A DNA stretch of 64,000 nucleotides from Eledone cirrhosa (lineage: Eukaryota). Positions 51,051-64,000 of this stretch are shown piece by piece. How positions within the stretch are numbered: the first letter of the stretch is position 1; each line of letters starts with the position of its first letter. A program made the position numbers and the translations under genes. The notes beneath the pieces are model-generated. The model was not told the DNA's origin. It did no database searches and worked only from the letters and a program-made list of their open reading frames with translations. The stretch spans positions 13,206,001 through 13,270,000 of the forward strand of contig OZ024761.1 in NCBI GenBank assembly GCA_964016885.1, in the 5' to 3' direction.

Positions 51051-51124
<74 letters not shown>

Positions 51125-51127
51125 TGG

Positions 51128-51183
<56 letters not shown>

Positions 51184-51186
51184 TGG

Positions 51187-51246
<60 letters not shown>

Positions 51247-51249
51247 TGG

Positions 51250-51301
<52 letters not shown>

Positions 51302-51304
51302 CCA

Positions 51305-51345
<41 letters not shown>

Positions 51346-51643
51346 TTAGGTAAAGAGATCATATCGGAGCTGTAACAGCTGTTAAGTCGATTACACACAA
51401 ACTTTATATATATATATACTCTATATGTACTCAGTATATATATATATATATATATATATACTCTATATGTACTCAGTATATATATATATATATATATATA
51501 TACTCTATATGTACTCAGTATATATATATATATATATATATATACTCTATATGTACTCAGTATATATATATATATATATATATATACTCTATATGTACTC
51601 AGTATATATATATATATATATATATATACTCTATATGTACTCA

Positions 51644-51681
<38 letters not shown>

Positions 51682-51752
51682 TCTATATGTACTCAGTATA
51701 TATCTATATATATATATATATATATATATACTCTATATGTACTCAGTATATA

Positions 51753-51783
<31 letters not shown>

Positions 51784-51797
51784 TCTATATGTACTCA

Positions 51798-51833
<36 letters not shown>

Positions 51834-51847
51834 TCTATATGTACTCA

Positions 51848-51887
<40 letters not shown>

Positions 51888-51901
51888 TCTATATGTACTC
51901 A

Positions 51902-51939
<38 letters not shown>

Positions 51940-51978
51940 TCTATATGTACTCAGTATATATCTATATATATATACTCT
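51040..51978. repeat. Compound repeats: TTATTTGG+(TA)n then CTCTATATGTACTCAG+(TA)n
   Basis: constant anchors separated by variable-length TA runs. Confidence 0.9.
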
Positions 51979-52044
51979 AAACATGCGAGATTTATCGTTG
52001 TTCCTCAAATATATGTATTTATATATACATGTATATATATATAT

Positions 52045-52132
<88 letters not shown>

Positions 52133-52743
52133 GAATAAAATCAGTCCTTCATCTGTGATCCTCCAGCCTTCATTGGTATTTCATCGCTTTATACACCGCC
52201 CTTACACTTAGAGTACTGACTGATCATATAGCTGGGATGGTGCACCCAACACCCACCCACCTACACACACACACACACACACACACATACATATCTAAAA
52301 TATACACCCATCACAGACTCACACACAGCCATCATAGACACATACACACTCATACTGAAAAGGTCCCAGATGGGTGAGTTTCTACTATGTGGTCACTCTT
52401 CCTGCTAGAAATAGCAGCCAAATAATATCATGCATCGGTTTGATAACGTCCTGTTTTGTTGTCTAGTAAGCAAAATCCATGGGTCTATCCCTTACACTCA
52501 CACATCACCACACATCACCACACATCACCCCGCCTCAACATCCCACTCCACTCCCTCTCACCCACCACGTTGCATTTCATTAGGGTCGGACGCCATGCTT
52601 TGACGCATAGAGTTACGGCCCTTGCCATTCTGAGTTCAAATCCCGCCGAGGTTAACTTTGCCTTTCATCCTTACGGGGGTGGATAAAATAAAGTACCAGT
52701 AATACACTGGGTAATTTGCTGGCCTTGTGCCAAGGGTAGAAAC

Positions 52744-52787
<44 letters not shown>

Positions 52788-53274
52788 CTTTATATGTGTG
52801 TGTGTGTGTGTGTGTCCGTATGTTGTGTGTGTCCATTGAGGCGAGAGAGTATTCAATACGGCAATAGAGTTTTAGTTATTTTATTTTATTAAGGCTAAAT
52901 AGAGAGTCTTCTTTCTGTTGTTATACGTAAAAGGAGAGTAAGATTTGCTGGCCACTGCCATCGTGGTGCCATATACGAGACTGTGTCTCCATTAGTGATT
53001 TGGAAACCACAAGCAGTCACTAATAACTGTTTCTACTTTAGGCACAAGGCCAGCAATTACCCAGTGCATTACTGGTACTTTATTTTATCGACCCCGTAAG
53101 GATGAAAGGCAAAGTTAACCTCGGCGGGATTTGAACTCAGATCGTAAAGGGACGTAACTATGCTGGAAAGCATGGCGTCCGACCCTCTACCGATACTGCC
53201 AATCCACCGCCCTCAAGCAGTCACAAGCAGTCCACAAGCAGTCCTCAAGCAGTCCACAAGCAGTCACTAATAAC

Positions 53275-53412
53275 AGGGATGCGCAAGCTCTCCTATCCCG
53301 ATGTCATCTCCAGAGATTCTGGTATTGAAATCCAGGACTTGGCTACGGCAATGAACGTCAGACCCACGTGGAGATCAATTGTTGAGTCCATTTCGGCTGA
53401 GGCCTCCGGGTG
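53275..53412 (+). mobile_element. RTE LINE extreme 3' fragment
   Basis: KLSYPDVISRDSGIEIQDLATAMNVRPTWRSIV-stop, similar to the C-terminus at 814-1059. Confidence 0.55.
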
Positions 53413-55052
53413 ACATACAACACACAAGCAGGTAATACACACAGCTAGGACCACTTACAACACACAAGTAGGGAATACACACAGCTAGGACCACATACAG
53501 CACACAAGCAGGGAATACACACAGCTAGGACCACATACAGCACACAAGCAGGGAATACACACAGCTAGGACCACATACAACACACAAGCAGGTAATACAC
53601 ACAGCTAGGACCACATACAACACACAAGTAGGGAATACACACAGCTAGGACCACATACAACACACAAGTAGGGAATACACACAGCTAGGACCACTTACAA
53701 CACACAAGTAGGGAATACACACAGCTAGGACCACATACAACACACAAGCAGGTAATACACACAGCTAGGACCACATACAACACACAAGTAGGGAATACAC
53801 ACAGCTAGGACCACATACAGCACACAAGCAGGTAATACACACAGCTAGGACCACATACAACACACAAGTAGGGAATACACACAGCTAGGACCACATACAA
53901 CACACAAGTAGGGAATACACACAGCTAGGACCACTTACAACACACAAGTAGGGAATACACACAGCTAGGACCACTTACAACACACAAGTAGGGAATACAC
54001 ACAGCTAGGACCACATACAACACATAAGCAGGTAATACACACATCTAGGACCACATACAACACACAAGTAGGGAATACACACAGCTAGGACCACATACAC
54101 CACATAAGCAGGTAATATACACATCTAGGACCACATACACCACATAAGCAGGTAATACACACAGCTAGGACCACATACAGCACACAAGCAGGGAATACAC
54201 ACAGCTAGGACCACATACAGCACACAAGTAGGTAATACACACAGCTAGGACCACATACAACACATAAGCAGGTAATACACACATCTAGGACCACATACAA
54301 CACACAAGCAGGTAATACACACATCTAGGACCACATACAACACACAAGCAGGTAATACACACATCTAGGACCACATACAACACACAAGCAGGTAATACAC
54401 ACATCTAGGACCACATACAACACACAAGCAGGGAATACACGCAGCTAGGACCACATACAGCACACAAGTAGGTAATACACACATCTAGGACCACATACAA
54501 CACACAAGCAGGTAATACACACATCTAGGACCACATACAACACACAAGCAGGGAATACACACATCTGGGACCACATACAACACACAAGCAGGTAATACAC
54601 ACATCTAGGACCACTTACAACACACAAGCAGGTAATACACACATACAACACACAAGCAGGTAATACACACATCTAGGACCACATACAACACACAAGCAGG
54701 GAATACACACATCTGGGACCACATACAACACACAAGCAGGTAATACACACATCTAGGACCACTTACAACACACAAGCAGGTAATACACACATCTAGGACC
54801 ACATACAACACACAAGCAGGCAATACACGCATCTAGGACCACATACAGCAAACAAGCAGGTAATGCACACATCTAGGATCACACACAGTACACAAGCAGG
54901 TAATACACACAGCTAGGACCACATACAACACACAAGCAGGTAATACACACATCTAGGACCACACACAGTACACAAGCAGGTAATACACACAGCTAGGACC
55001 ACATACAACATACAAGCAGGTAATACACACAGCTAGGACCACATACAACACA
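53413..55052. repeat. 40-bp satellite (~41 copies), same family as 28410-30090
   Basis: CACATACAACACACAAG(C/T)AGG(T/G)AATACACACA(G/T)CTAGGAC. Confidence 0.97.
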
Positions 55053-55967
55053 AGGAAAGCGAAAGGGGTGGACAAACGAGCCGTTAACAGAGCAAAAGAT
55101 AACAATACCACGAGGAGAACTAGGAAACCTCTGATAATTTTTGAGGCAAGCCAGCACGCTGGCAGCGTTACCTCGGGTGATGACGAGGGCTGGCGCTGGA
55201 ACAACCAAGCACTCTCACGAAGAGCATCACCAGTTACCTCTGTTTTTGAAGATTAGAGAGGCAGACTTAATATCTATCTACCTCACCTACACCTATTGAA
55301 ATAACACTCCAGCACAATTCTTTTACTTTCTTTCCTTGGCAGCAGTTGTAAAAAAAATGTGTGTAAAAAAAGACCCCCCCCTCTTCATCTCCACCTCTCT
55401 CGCCTCCAACACCCCTCTCTTTCTCTCTCTCTGTCGCCTCCAACACCCCCTCTCTCTGTCGCCTCCGACACCCCCACCCCCCTCTCTCTCTCTCTGTCGC
55501 CCCCGACACCCCACCCCTTCTCTCTCTCTCTCACCTCCGACACCCCCACCTCTCTCAGTTTCTCTCACCTCGGACACCCCGTCTCTCTGTCGCCTCCGAC
55601 ACCCCCACCTCTCTCTCTGTCGCTTCCGACACCCCCCTCTCTCTCTGTCACCACACCTCACCTCACCTTAAAAAATGTTTGTTAAGTTTAGTAAGTAAAA
55701 ACTTAAGGGTCTTTTCTATTGCTCACACTTAACACACCACATCCTCCTCCCCCACAACCTTCCTTTCCTACCCACTCTAATGTATTTCCTTAGTTCTCTT
55801 ACTCTTTCTCTCTTTTACACTCTTTTACCCTTTCACTGTTGTTTTAATTTTTATATTTGTTTTTGTTGCTTTCATTTTGACTCATTCATATTATTTGCTA
55901 AGGGAGATAATTCCGTTTCCTTTTTCTCATTATATATATATATGTACCCTTACCTAAAAATAAGGAA

Positions 55968-56028
<61 letters not shown>

Positions 56029-56071
56029 GTATATATATATATGTATGTATTTATATATATATATGTATATA

Positions 56072-56142
<71 letters not shown>

Positions 56143-56145
<3 letters not shown>

Positions 56146-56373
56146 AACGAGTAGGACCCCGACGGCTGAGCTCAAGCCGTTTCGACGGCTAATTCTGGAC
56201 TAAATGAACATTTTTATCCTGGTATATTTTCATTTAGTCCAGAATTAGCCGTCGAAACGGCTTGAGCTCAGCCGTCGGGGTCCTACTCGTTCCTATTACC
56301 CACTCTACTACCCTAAGTATTGAGTACTTTGGTGCGTTATGGTCCACCTGGTTCCTTACCACATTTCCTTCGT
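56143..56373 (+). mobile_element. Foldback element in (TA)n (copies 22859-23050 +, ~26973-27136 -, fragments ~30340, ~33785, ~35030-35110)
   Basis: ~65-bp palindromic arms plus a unique tail TTACCCACTCTACTACCCTAAGTATTGAGTACT. Confidence 0.75.
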
Positions 56374-57328
56374 TATATATATATACACATATATATATAC
56401 AGTATATATGTATATTTATATATATGTACACATATATATATATATACAGATATGTATATATGGTGTATATATATATATACACGTATATATGTGTGTGTAT
56501 ATATATACATTGTTCTTTTTTTTTTCTTTCTCTCTCTGTATCTATCTATCTATCTATCAATCTAAATACACTGGGTAATTGCTGGCCTTGTGCCAAAAAT
56601 AAAAACAATTATTTATTAATGTTAAAGTTATATGATTTTATGTAAAACCCTCGCCGACACATTTTTTGTACACCCTTGTGGCAAATAAATATATCTGTTT
56701 GCCTGTCTCTCTCTCTATATATATCTATCTATCTATATCTATCAATTTATCTATCTATCTATCTCTCTCTCTTTCTCTATATATGTTTGCCTTCTCCTTT
56801 GTATGAATCTATCTATCAATCTGCCCCCTCTCTCTCTGTATCTGTCTGTCTGTCTTTCTTTCTTTTTCTGTATATTTTGCCTTCTCCTTTGTCTGTATCT
56901 ATTTATCTATTAATCTGCCTCCCTCCCTCTCTCTCTCTCTCTGTATCTGCTTATCGGTCTGACTCACTCTCTCTTACTCACTATATTCTCTATTAATCTG
57001 CCTCCCTCTCTGTCTTTCTCTTACTCACTCACTATATTCTCTATCAATCTGCCCCCCCCCCCATCCCTCTCTCTGTATATCTGCTTGTCTATCTGATTCT
57101 CTCCCTCCCCCTTGTCTCTATATCTGCTTGTTTATCTGGCTCTCCCTCTCTCTGTGTTTCTCTTACTCACTCACTATATTCCCTAGTAATCTGCCTCTCT
57201 CCCCCTCTCTCTGTATATTTACTTGTCTGTCTGACTCACTCTCTCTCTCTCTCTTTGTCTTTCTTTCTCTTACTCACTCACCATATTCCGGTCCATCATT
57301 TACATCCAACCGTCAGCCAGCGCCCAAA

Positions 57329-57485
57329 ATGACGACGTCCGAACTTGATGAAAGTTTAGACAAAAGCAACATAAAGTGTGTTCTTGTCGGAGACAGCGAT
57401 ATTGGCAAGTCCTGTTTAGCAGCCAGAATTACAAATAACACCTTTCACACGGAATACCTACCTACATTATTTGATAACTATGCTG
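57329..57485 (+). CDS. Rho-family small GTPase, first coding exon (later exons not found in window)
   Basis: [52 protein letters not shown]: G1 P-loop and Rho switch I (YxPTxFDNY); G|GTAAG donor. Confidence 0.88.
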
Positions 57486-57505
57486 GTAAGTTTTATTTTA
57501 AATAT

Positions 57506-57541
<36 letters not shown>

Positions 57542-60027
57542 TGTATATATATGTTTAAAAAATTCTCTCTTGTTGTTATATATATATATTTATATCTGTA
57601 TATATCACGTTTGTTATAGTTTGTTCGGTTTTAGTTTATATTTGTGCTTTGTTTTGGAAAATGTCATTGTTTTCTTGGTTATATAACAAAAGGATTTAAA
57701 AAAAAAATAAATGTTGGTTATCTTCAACGCTAGATGAGATGGAGAGAGAGAGAGAGAGAGAGATGTAAGGGCATAGATTGATAGATACATAGATGTACGT
57801 ACAGAGAAAGCGATAGAGAGATAGATTGATGGAGAGAGAGAGAGAGAAAGATAGATATATAGATGTACGTACAGAGAAAGTGATAGACAGATAGATTGTT
57901 GGAGAGAGAGAGAGAGAAAGATATATAGATGTACGTACAGAGAAAGTGATAGAGAGATAGATTGTTGGAGAGAGAGAGAGAAAGATAGATATATAGAAAG
58001 ATAGATAGACGTATGTATACAGAGTGAAAGATAGATAGATATATACAGAGAGATAGACAGATAGATATATAGGTTGATGGAGAGAGAGAGATAGACAGAT
58101 AGATATATAGGTTGATGGAGAGAGAGAGATAGACAGATAGATATATAGGTTGATGGAGAGAGAGAGATAGACAGATAGATATATAGGTTGATGGAGAGAG
58201 AGAGAGAGATAGACAGATAGATATATAGGTTGATGGAGAGAGAGAGAGATAGACAGATAGATATATAGGTTGATGAAGAGATAGATAGACAGATAGATAT
58301 ATAGGTTGATGGAGAGAGAGGGAGAGAGAGGCGGATATACGGAGGCAGAGAGAGAGATAGACATAGTGAGAGAGAAGTAGTTAAAGTGAAAGAGAGAATG
58401 TAAGATAACAAAGGAATCAAAAAGCGAAGATGAAGAGAGACGAATAGAGAAAGTGATAGACTGATAGACTGATGGCGAGAGAGAGAGAGAGAGACTTATT
58501 GAGAAAGTAATAGAATGATGGAGAGAGAAAGAGAGTGTGTGATGGGAGAGAGAGGGGGGTTTGTGACGGGAGAGAGAGAGAGAGAGATGGGAGAGATATT
58601 CAAAGTGAAAGACAAACAGTGCGGAAAGAAAGATAAATAGAAAGTAGCAAGTAATGATTAAGAAGGAGAAAGAAACAGACAGACATACAAACATTCACGC
58701 AGCCGACACACACACACACCACAGACAGACATACACACATACAACTATACACACACACAGACACAACTATACATAGACACACACACACATACATACAACT
58801 ATACACACAGACATACAACTATACATAGACACACACACACACATACATAGACACACACATTACGCCGACACAACTATACACACACACAACACAGACACAC
58901 ACTCAGACAGACACACACGCAGACAGACACACTCATGCAGACGACACACACACAACACAGATATACACACATTCACGCAGACACAAACACTAAACAGTCA
59001 GACATACACCTTTACACATACACACACACACACAAAGAACTACTAGCGAGAATGAAAGAAAGAAAGAGTTCGAAAAGTGAGAAAAGAAAAAAAACATGAA
59101 GAAGAAAGAAATAAAACATCAAAAAAGTAATAATAGAAATAAGAACTAACAAAAAATAAAAAAAAAGATCGGTAAAAAAAAATATGAAGAAAAAGAAAGA
59201 TACTGAAAGAGAGAGAGAGAGAGGTAATGAAAGAGAGAGAAGGAATGAAAGAGAGAGGGGGGTAATGAAAGAGAGAGGGGTAATGAAAGAAAGAGAGAGG
59301 GGTAATGAAAGAGAGAGAGAGAGAAAGGGAATGAAAGTATATTTAAAAACTTTTAAATGTATTTAAATATTCCAGAGATAAGAAAAACAAAGTTAACGTT
59401 TTTTTATCGTTCCGTTTCCGAAATTTCGGATTTTCCCAATAACATCCCGGTTCCTCTCCACCACCACCTCCTCTTCCTCCTCCTCATCCTCCTCCTCCTC
59501 GTGTACACTGTACCTCTCTCTTTGTCTCTGTCTCCCTTCACTACATCTCTCTCTCTCCATTTCTTCACTACATCTCCATCTCTCCCCTCACTCTCTCTCT
59601 CTCAGTCTCTCTCTCTCCTTCATTTCTTCACTACATCTCCATCTCTCCCCCCTCTCTCCTTCATTTCTTCACTATATCTCTCTCTGTCTCTATCTTCCTT
59701 CACTACATCTCCATCTCCCCCCTCTCTCTTCCCCTCCTCTCATTCATTTCTTCACTCTCTCTCGCTCCTTGTTAATGTCTTCACTATATCTCTCTCATCT
59801 TCTTCTTGCCCATTCCCCCATCTTTTTCACCTTTACTCCATCTTACTCACCTTTACAACTCCTCCTTCTTTAATCCCCTTTTCTCTCTTTCTTTTATTCC
59901 ATATTTCTCTCCAATTTCATACCATCTCTCTCTCTCTCTGTCTCTCTCTCTCTCTCTCTCCCTCTTTCGGTCTTCACTCTTGCACTCTCCTTTCTTTTCT
60001 TTTATTCTGTCTTCACTTATGTCCTTA

Positions 60028-60065
<38 letters not shown>

Positions 60066-60641
60066 TCACATCCCCTATCTTTCACTCTCTCTCCTTCACA
60101 TCCCCTATCCTTCACTCTCTCTCCTTCACATCCCCTATCTTTCACTCTCTCTCCTTCACATCCCCTATCTTTCACTCTCTCTCCTTCACATCCCCTATCT
60201 TTTACCCCCTCACTCTCTCCTTCACATCCCCTATCTTTCACTCCATCCCTCTCATCCGATCATCCCCCTCTCTACATTTCCTCATCTCTATCACACTCTC
60301 TCTCTCCTTCACACCTCCCTATCTTTCACTCCATCTCCCTCCCTCACTCTCTCTCGATCTTCCCCCTCCCTTCATTTTATCATCTCTCTCTCTCTCTTTC
60401 CTCCCCTTCCTCCTACCACAATGCTCCATCAATGTTTTTGTTTCGCTTTTACCTTCCGAAGTTGTCCTGGTACTACAGAATCTACTTCAACTTCTTTCGA
60501 TGAGCAATAACAACAACAACAACAACAAAATCTTCCCTTATAAATTATATAGTTATATATATATATATATAGTAATAATTGTTTCTACTTTTGGCACAAG
60601 GCCAGCAATTACCCCAGTGCATTACTGGTACTATATTTTTT

Positions 60642-60677
<36 letters not shown>

Positions 60678-61184
60678 AATGAAGTAATTCCATCGGAAAA
60701 GTCCAGGAAAAAAGAGTGCTCTATGTAGGCAACAGAGCTTAATTATTATTATTATGTAATAAACAACATAAGGCAGTTATTCCATTTACCAGTGGTTTCT
60801 TAAAAGCAAAAGGTTTTGCTTTTAATCCTCAGAATGAAAAATCCTGGTTTGTTTATTGAATTTGGATTCTAAAAACAAAAATGCAATCTATATGAAAGTG
60901 AGGCTGGAAAAGGGAGAAGGAAAGGAAAAATAAAATAAAACTACACATGCAAACACACACACAAAAAAACACAAAAGCATACTTACACACACATACATAT
61001 ATACATATATATAAATGTACGCATACATATATACATATACACATATATATATATATAAAATATATATATATATATAGTAATAATAATAAATGTGAAGTCT
61101 AAAATCCAAAGAGGGCTCGATAAGGATAAATATATATCAAATATATAAGATCTGTTGAGCAAATATTTATTAAAATAACAGATT

Positions 61185-61290
61185 AAAGTTTAAGCAAAGA
61201 ATCGCTGCTTTCACCCTTAACAGGATCTTCTGAAACTGTTTCAGAAGATCCTGTTAAGGGTCAAAGCAGCGATGCTTTGCTTAAACTTTT
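61185..61290. repeat. ~52-bp arm palindrome of another (TA)n-associated repeat (relatives ~25620-25700, ~30755-30910, ~61310-61400)
   Basis: AAAGTTTAAGCAAAG...CTTCTGAAAC-T-GTTTCAGAAG...CTTTGCTTAAACTTT. Confidence 0.8.
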
Positions 61291-61474
61291 ATATATATAT
61301 ATATATATATAGTAATAATAATAAATTTGAAGACTAAAATCCAAAGAGGGCTTGATAAGGGTGAAAGCAGCGATTCTTTGCTTAAACTTTAATCTGTTAT
61401 TTTAGTCCTCCAAAAGTAATGGTCGCATTTTGAAAGGGTATGTCAATGCTTATTTGTAAAACTGATATATATTG

Positions 61475-61539
61475 TATTTTGTCTGATGAAAGCATACCAT
61501 AATTTAACTTGGTATCCTTGAAATATGTATAATGAAATA
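61475..61539 (+). ncRNA. Hammerhead ribozyme motif (family B)
   Basis: TATTTTGT-CTGATGA-AAG.ATACCA..TGGTAT.CTT-GAAA-TATGTAT-A^ATGAAATA. Confidence 0.68.
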
Positions 61540-61854
61540 AATATGGTTTTATAAATATAGTTTCCATTTATTAATATCGTATATATATATATATATAATT
61601 ATATTTCGCTGTTGTAATTCTTTATCGGACGACTTGAATTTTTTTATATCTGAAAGTTTTCTCTGGTTTTGTATATCGCTTTATCAAAGACTGAGGGGAA
61701 CTACACAGCTTTCATCTTATTACAAACACACACACACACACACACGTATACACACGTATACAGAGAGAGACGCACGCAAACAGACACGAGAGATGCACTT
61801 ATACACACACACAGACACCCATGCATACAAACATAGACACACACAGACACACAT

Positions 61855-62375
61855 AGACAGACAACCTCACACACACACATAGACAGACAACCTCACACAC
61901 ACACACACAGAGATAGACAACCTCACACACACACATAGACAGACAACCTCACACACACACACACACACAGACAGACAACCTCACACACACAGATAGACAG
62001 ACAACCTCACACACACACACATAGACAACCTCACACACACACATAGACAGACAACCTCACACACACACACACAGATAGAAAACCTCACACACACATAGAC
62101 AGACAACCTCACACACACACATAGACAGACAACCTCACACACACACAGATAGACAACCTCACACACACACATAGACAGACAACCTCACACACACAGATAG
62201 ACAACCTCACACACACACATAGACAGACAACCTCACACACACAGATAGACAACCTCACACACACACATAGACAGACAACCTCACACACACACACACACAG
62301 ATAGACAACCTCACACACACACATAGACAGACAACCTCACACACACAGATAGACAACCTCACACACACACAGACA
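61855..62375. repeat. Compound AGACAGACAACCTC(AC)n repeat
   Basis: direct inspection. Confidence 0.9.
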
Positions 62376-62950
62376 CAAATTCATACTCACAATCACACTC
62401 TCGTACAGTCAATACACACACACACACACTGTCGCACATCAGTCACACACTCATTCACACACAGTCACACTCACTCACACAGTCACACACGCACACACAC
62501 ACTCACACTCACACAGTCACACACACATACACACAGTCACACTCACTCACACAGTCACACACGCACACACACTCACACTCACACAGTCACACACACACAC
62601 ACAGTCACACTCACTCACACACAGTCACACACATGTGAGTATGTAACCCAAATGGTTAGAAATGTCAGCTCGAAAAATAATCCCTGGAATTACTCACCCC
62701 ATCGCCTGAAAACAAAACAAAACAAAACTAAAAAGGAATTATTATATACACATTAGATAATGTATTCCTAGATATACAACACCATGTCTGCTAAATGAAA
62801 GACTGGGTGGGATAGTCACGGAGGGAACGCCTATGATAATCAGCTAGAGTCTACTCATAAAAAAAGGGTCTGATTTTACACAGCTGCTAATTTACAGCTG
62901 GGAGATAGCTAGAAACAGAATATTTTTATTCAGATCTAAACGGTTTTAAA

Positions 62951-63455
62951 CTCTTTCATTACCATATTTCTAATGAAAGACACTACCTATGTCATTAACC
63001 CTTTCATTACCATATTTGTAATGAAAGACACTGTCTGTCATTAACCCTGTCATTACTATATTTCTAATGAAAGACACTGTCTATGTCATTAACCCTTTCA
63101 TTACCATATTTCTAATGAAAGACACTGTCTATGTCATTAACCCTTTCATTACCATATTTCTAATGAAAGACACTGTTTATGTCATTAACCCTTTCATTAC
63201 CATATTTCTAATGAAAGACACTGTCTATGTCATTAACCCTTTCATTACTATATTTCTAATGAAAGACACTGTCTATGTCATTAACCCTTTCATTACCATA
63301 TTTCTAATGAAAGACACTGTCTATGACATTAACCCTTTCATTACCATATTTCTAATGAAAGACACTGTCTATGTCATTAACCCTTTCATTACCATATTTC
63401 TAATGAAAGACACTGTCTATGTCATTAACCATATTTCTAATGAAAGACACTGCCT
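62951..63455 (+). repeat. 48-bp satellite (~10 copies) at the end of a MITE
   Basis: same unit as 31895-32843; runs into the MITE body TTTTCAAATAATTTTGAAAATAATCAAGAATTT, also seen as a single copy at ~9239. Confidence 0.93.
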
Positions 63456-64000
63456 ATGTTTTTCAAATAATTTTGAAAATAATCAAGAATTTGGAGCAGC
63501 TTAGTAAAATTAACTTTCTCATAAAAGTTCTTACATAAATATAAACACTTTAACCCCTTCGTTACCATATTTCTAATGCATAGGTGACTGTTAGTCTTCC
63601 ATAAACAAACCTTGCTCAGGCTTGTGCTTTGGAGGGGAACTTTCTAGGTGTAAATCCCATGGTCATTCGTGACCGATGTGGGCCTTAAAATATATATAGC
63701 TGACTGAATAAACAAAACAACAAAATTCCATTCTGTCTGTTTGTTACATCGTTTATTTCTCATTCTAGCTTCTGATGAAGGACTAGTATGAGAAACATTA
63801 AGACTCTTTTCCTATTATAGGATAGAGGATAAAGATCCCATAACTCCTTGTGGAGTCATAGAGGCACCATCATAGGGTGTGTCTAGGGCACTTTTAAACC
63901 TGGTGGAGCCCAACCCTCTCCAGGTCTGAACACAGCTGATTTTTTCTATAGAGGAAAAATTGACCCCAGTACTTAACTGGTATTTTTTTTATCAACCTCG

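Noticed and set aside
51410-51978. Constant 16-bp repeat separated by variable spacers (CRISPR-like look)
   Set aside because: Spacers are only (TA)n of varying length; eukaryotic context and no cas genes.
57614-60682. Long ORFs of 234-441 aa
   Set aside because: CT/GA-rich low-complexity intronic sequence downstream of the Rho exon.

Overview
AT-rich, repeat-dense animal genomic DNA. The SINE/LINE types and microsatellite load suggest a coleoid cephalopod such as Octopus (inference). Three spliced genes can be read from the sequence. (1) GTF2H3 (TFIIH p34), + strand: 11 coding exons from 46 to 12779, first exon outside the window, with one U12-type (minor spliceosome) intron. (2) A complete three-exon VKORC1/VKORC1L1-family gene, - strand (27887 to 18240, 165 aa), with Ser at the warfarin-contact position Y139. 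(3) The first coding exon of an atypical Rho-family GTPase (57329-57485). The rest is two tRNA-derived SINE families, RTE/CR1 LINE remnants, mariner relics, piggyBac-like MITEs, a probable Helitron, foldback elements in (TA)n tracts and many satellites, several derived from TE pieces. Almost all ORFs in the supplied track are repeat artefacts. The most notable signal is about 10 type I hammerhead-ribozyme motifs in two families with compensatory stem changes. One lies in a 773-bp non-coding insertion (36017-36789) with a 13-bp target-site duplication, made of about 1.6 copies of a ~475-nt unit whose boundary falls at the predicted self-cleavage site. This is a candidate retrozyme or Penelope-dependent ribozyme retroelement.
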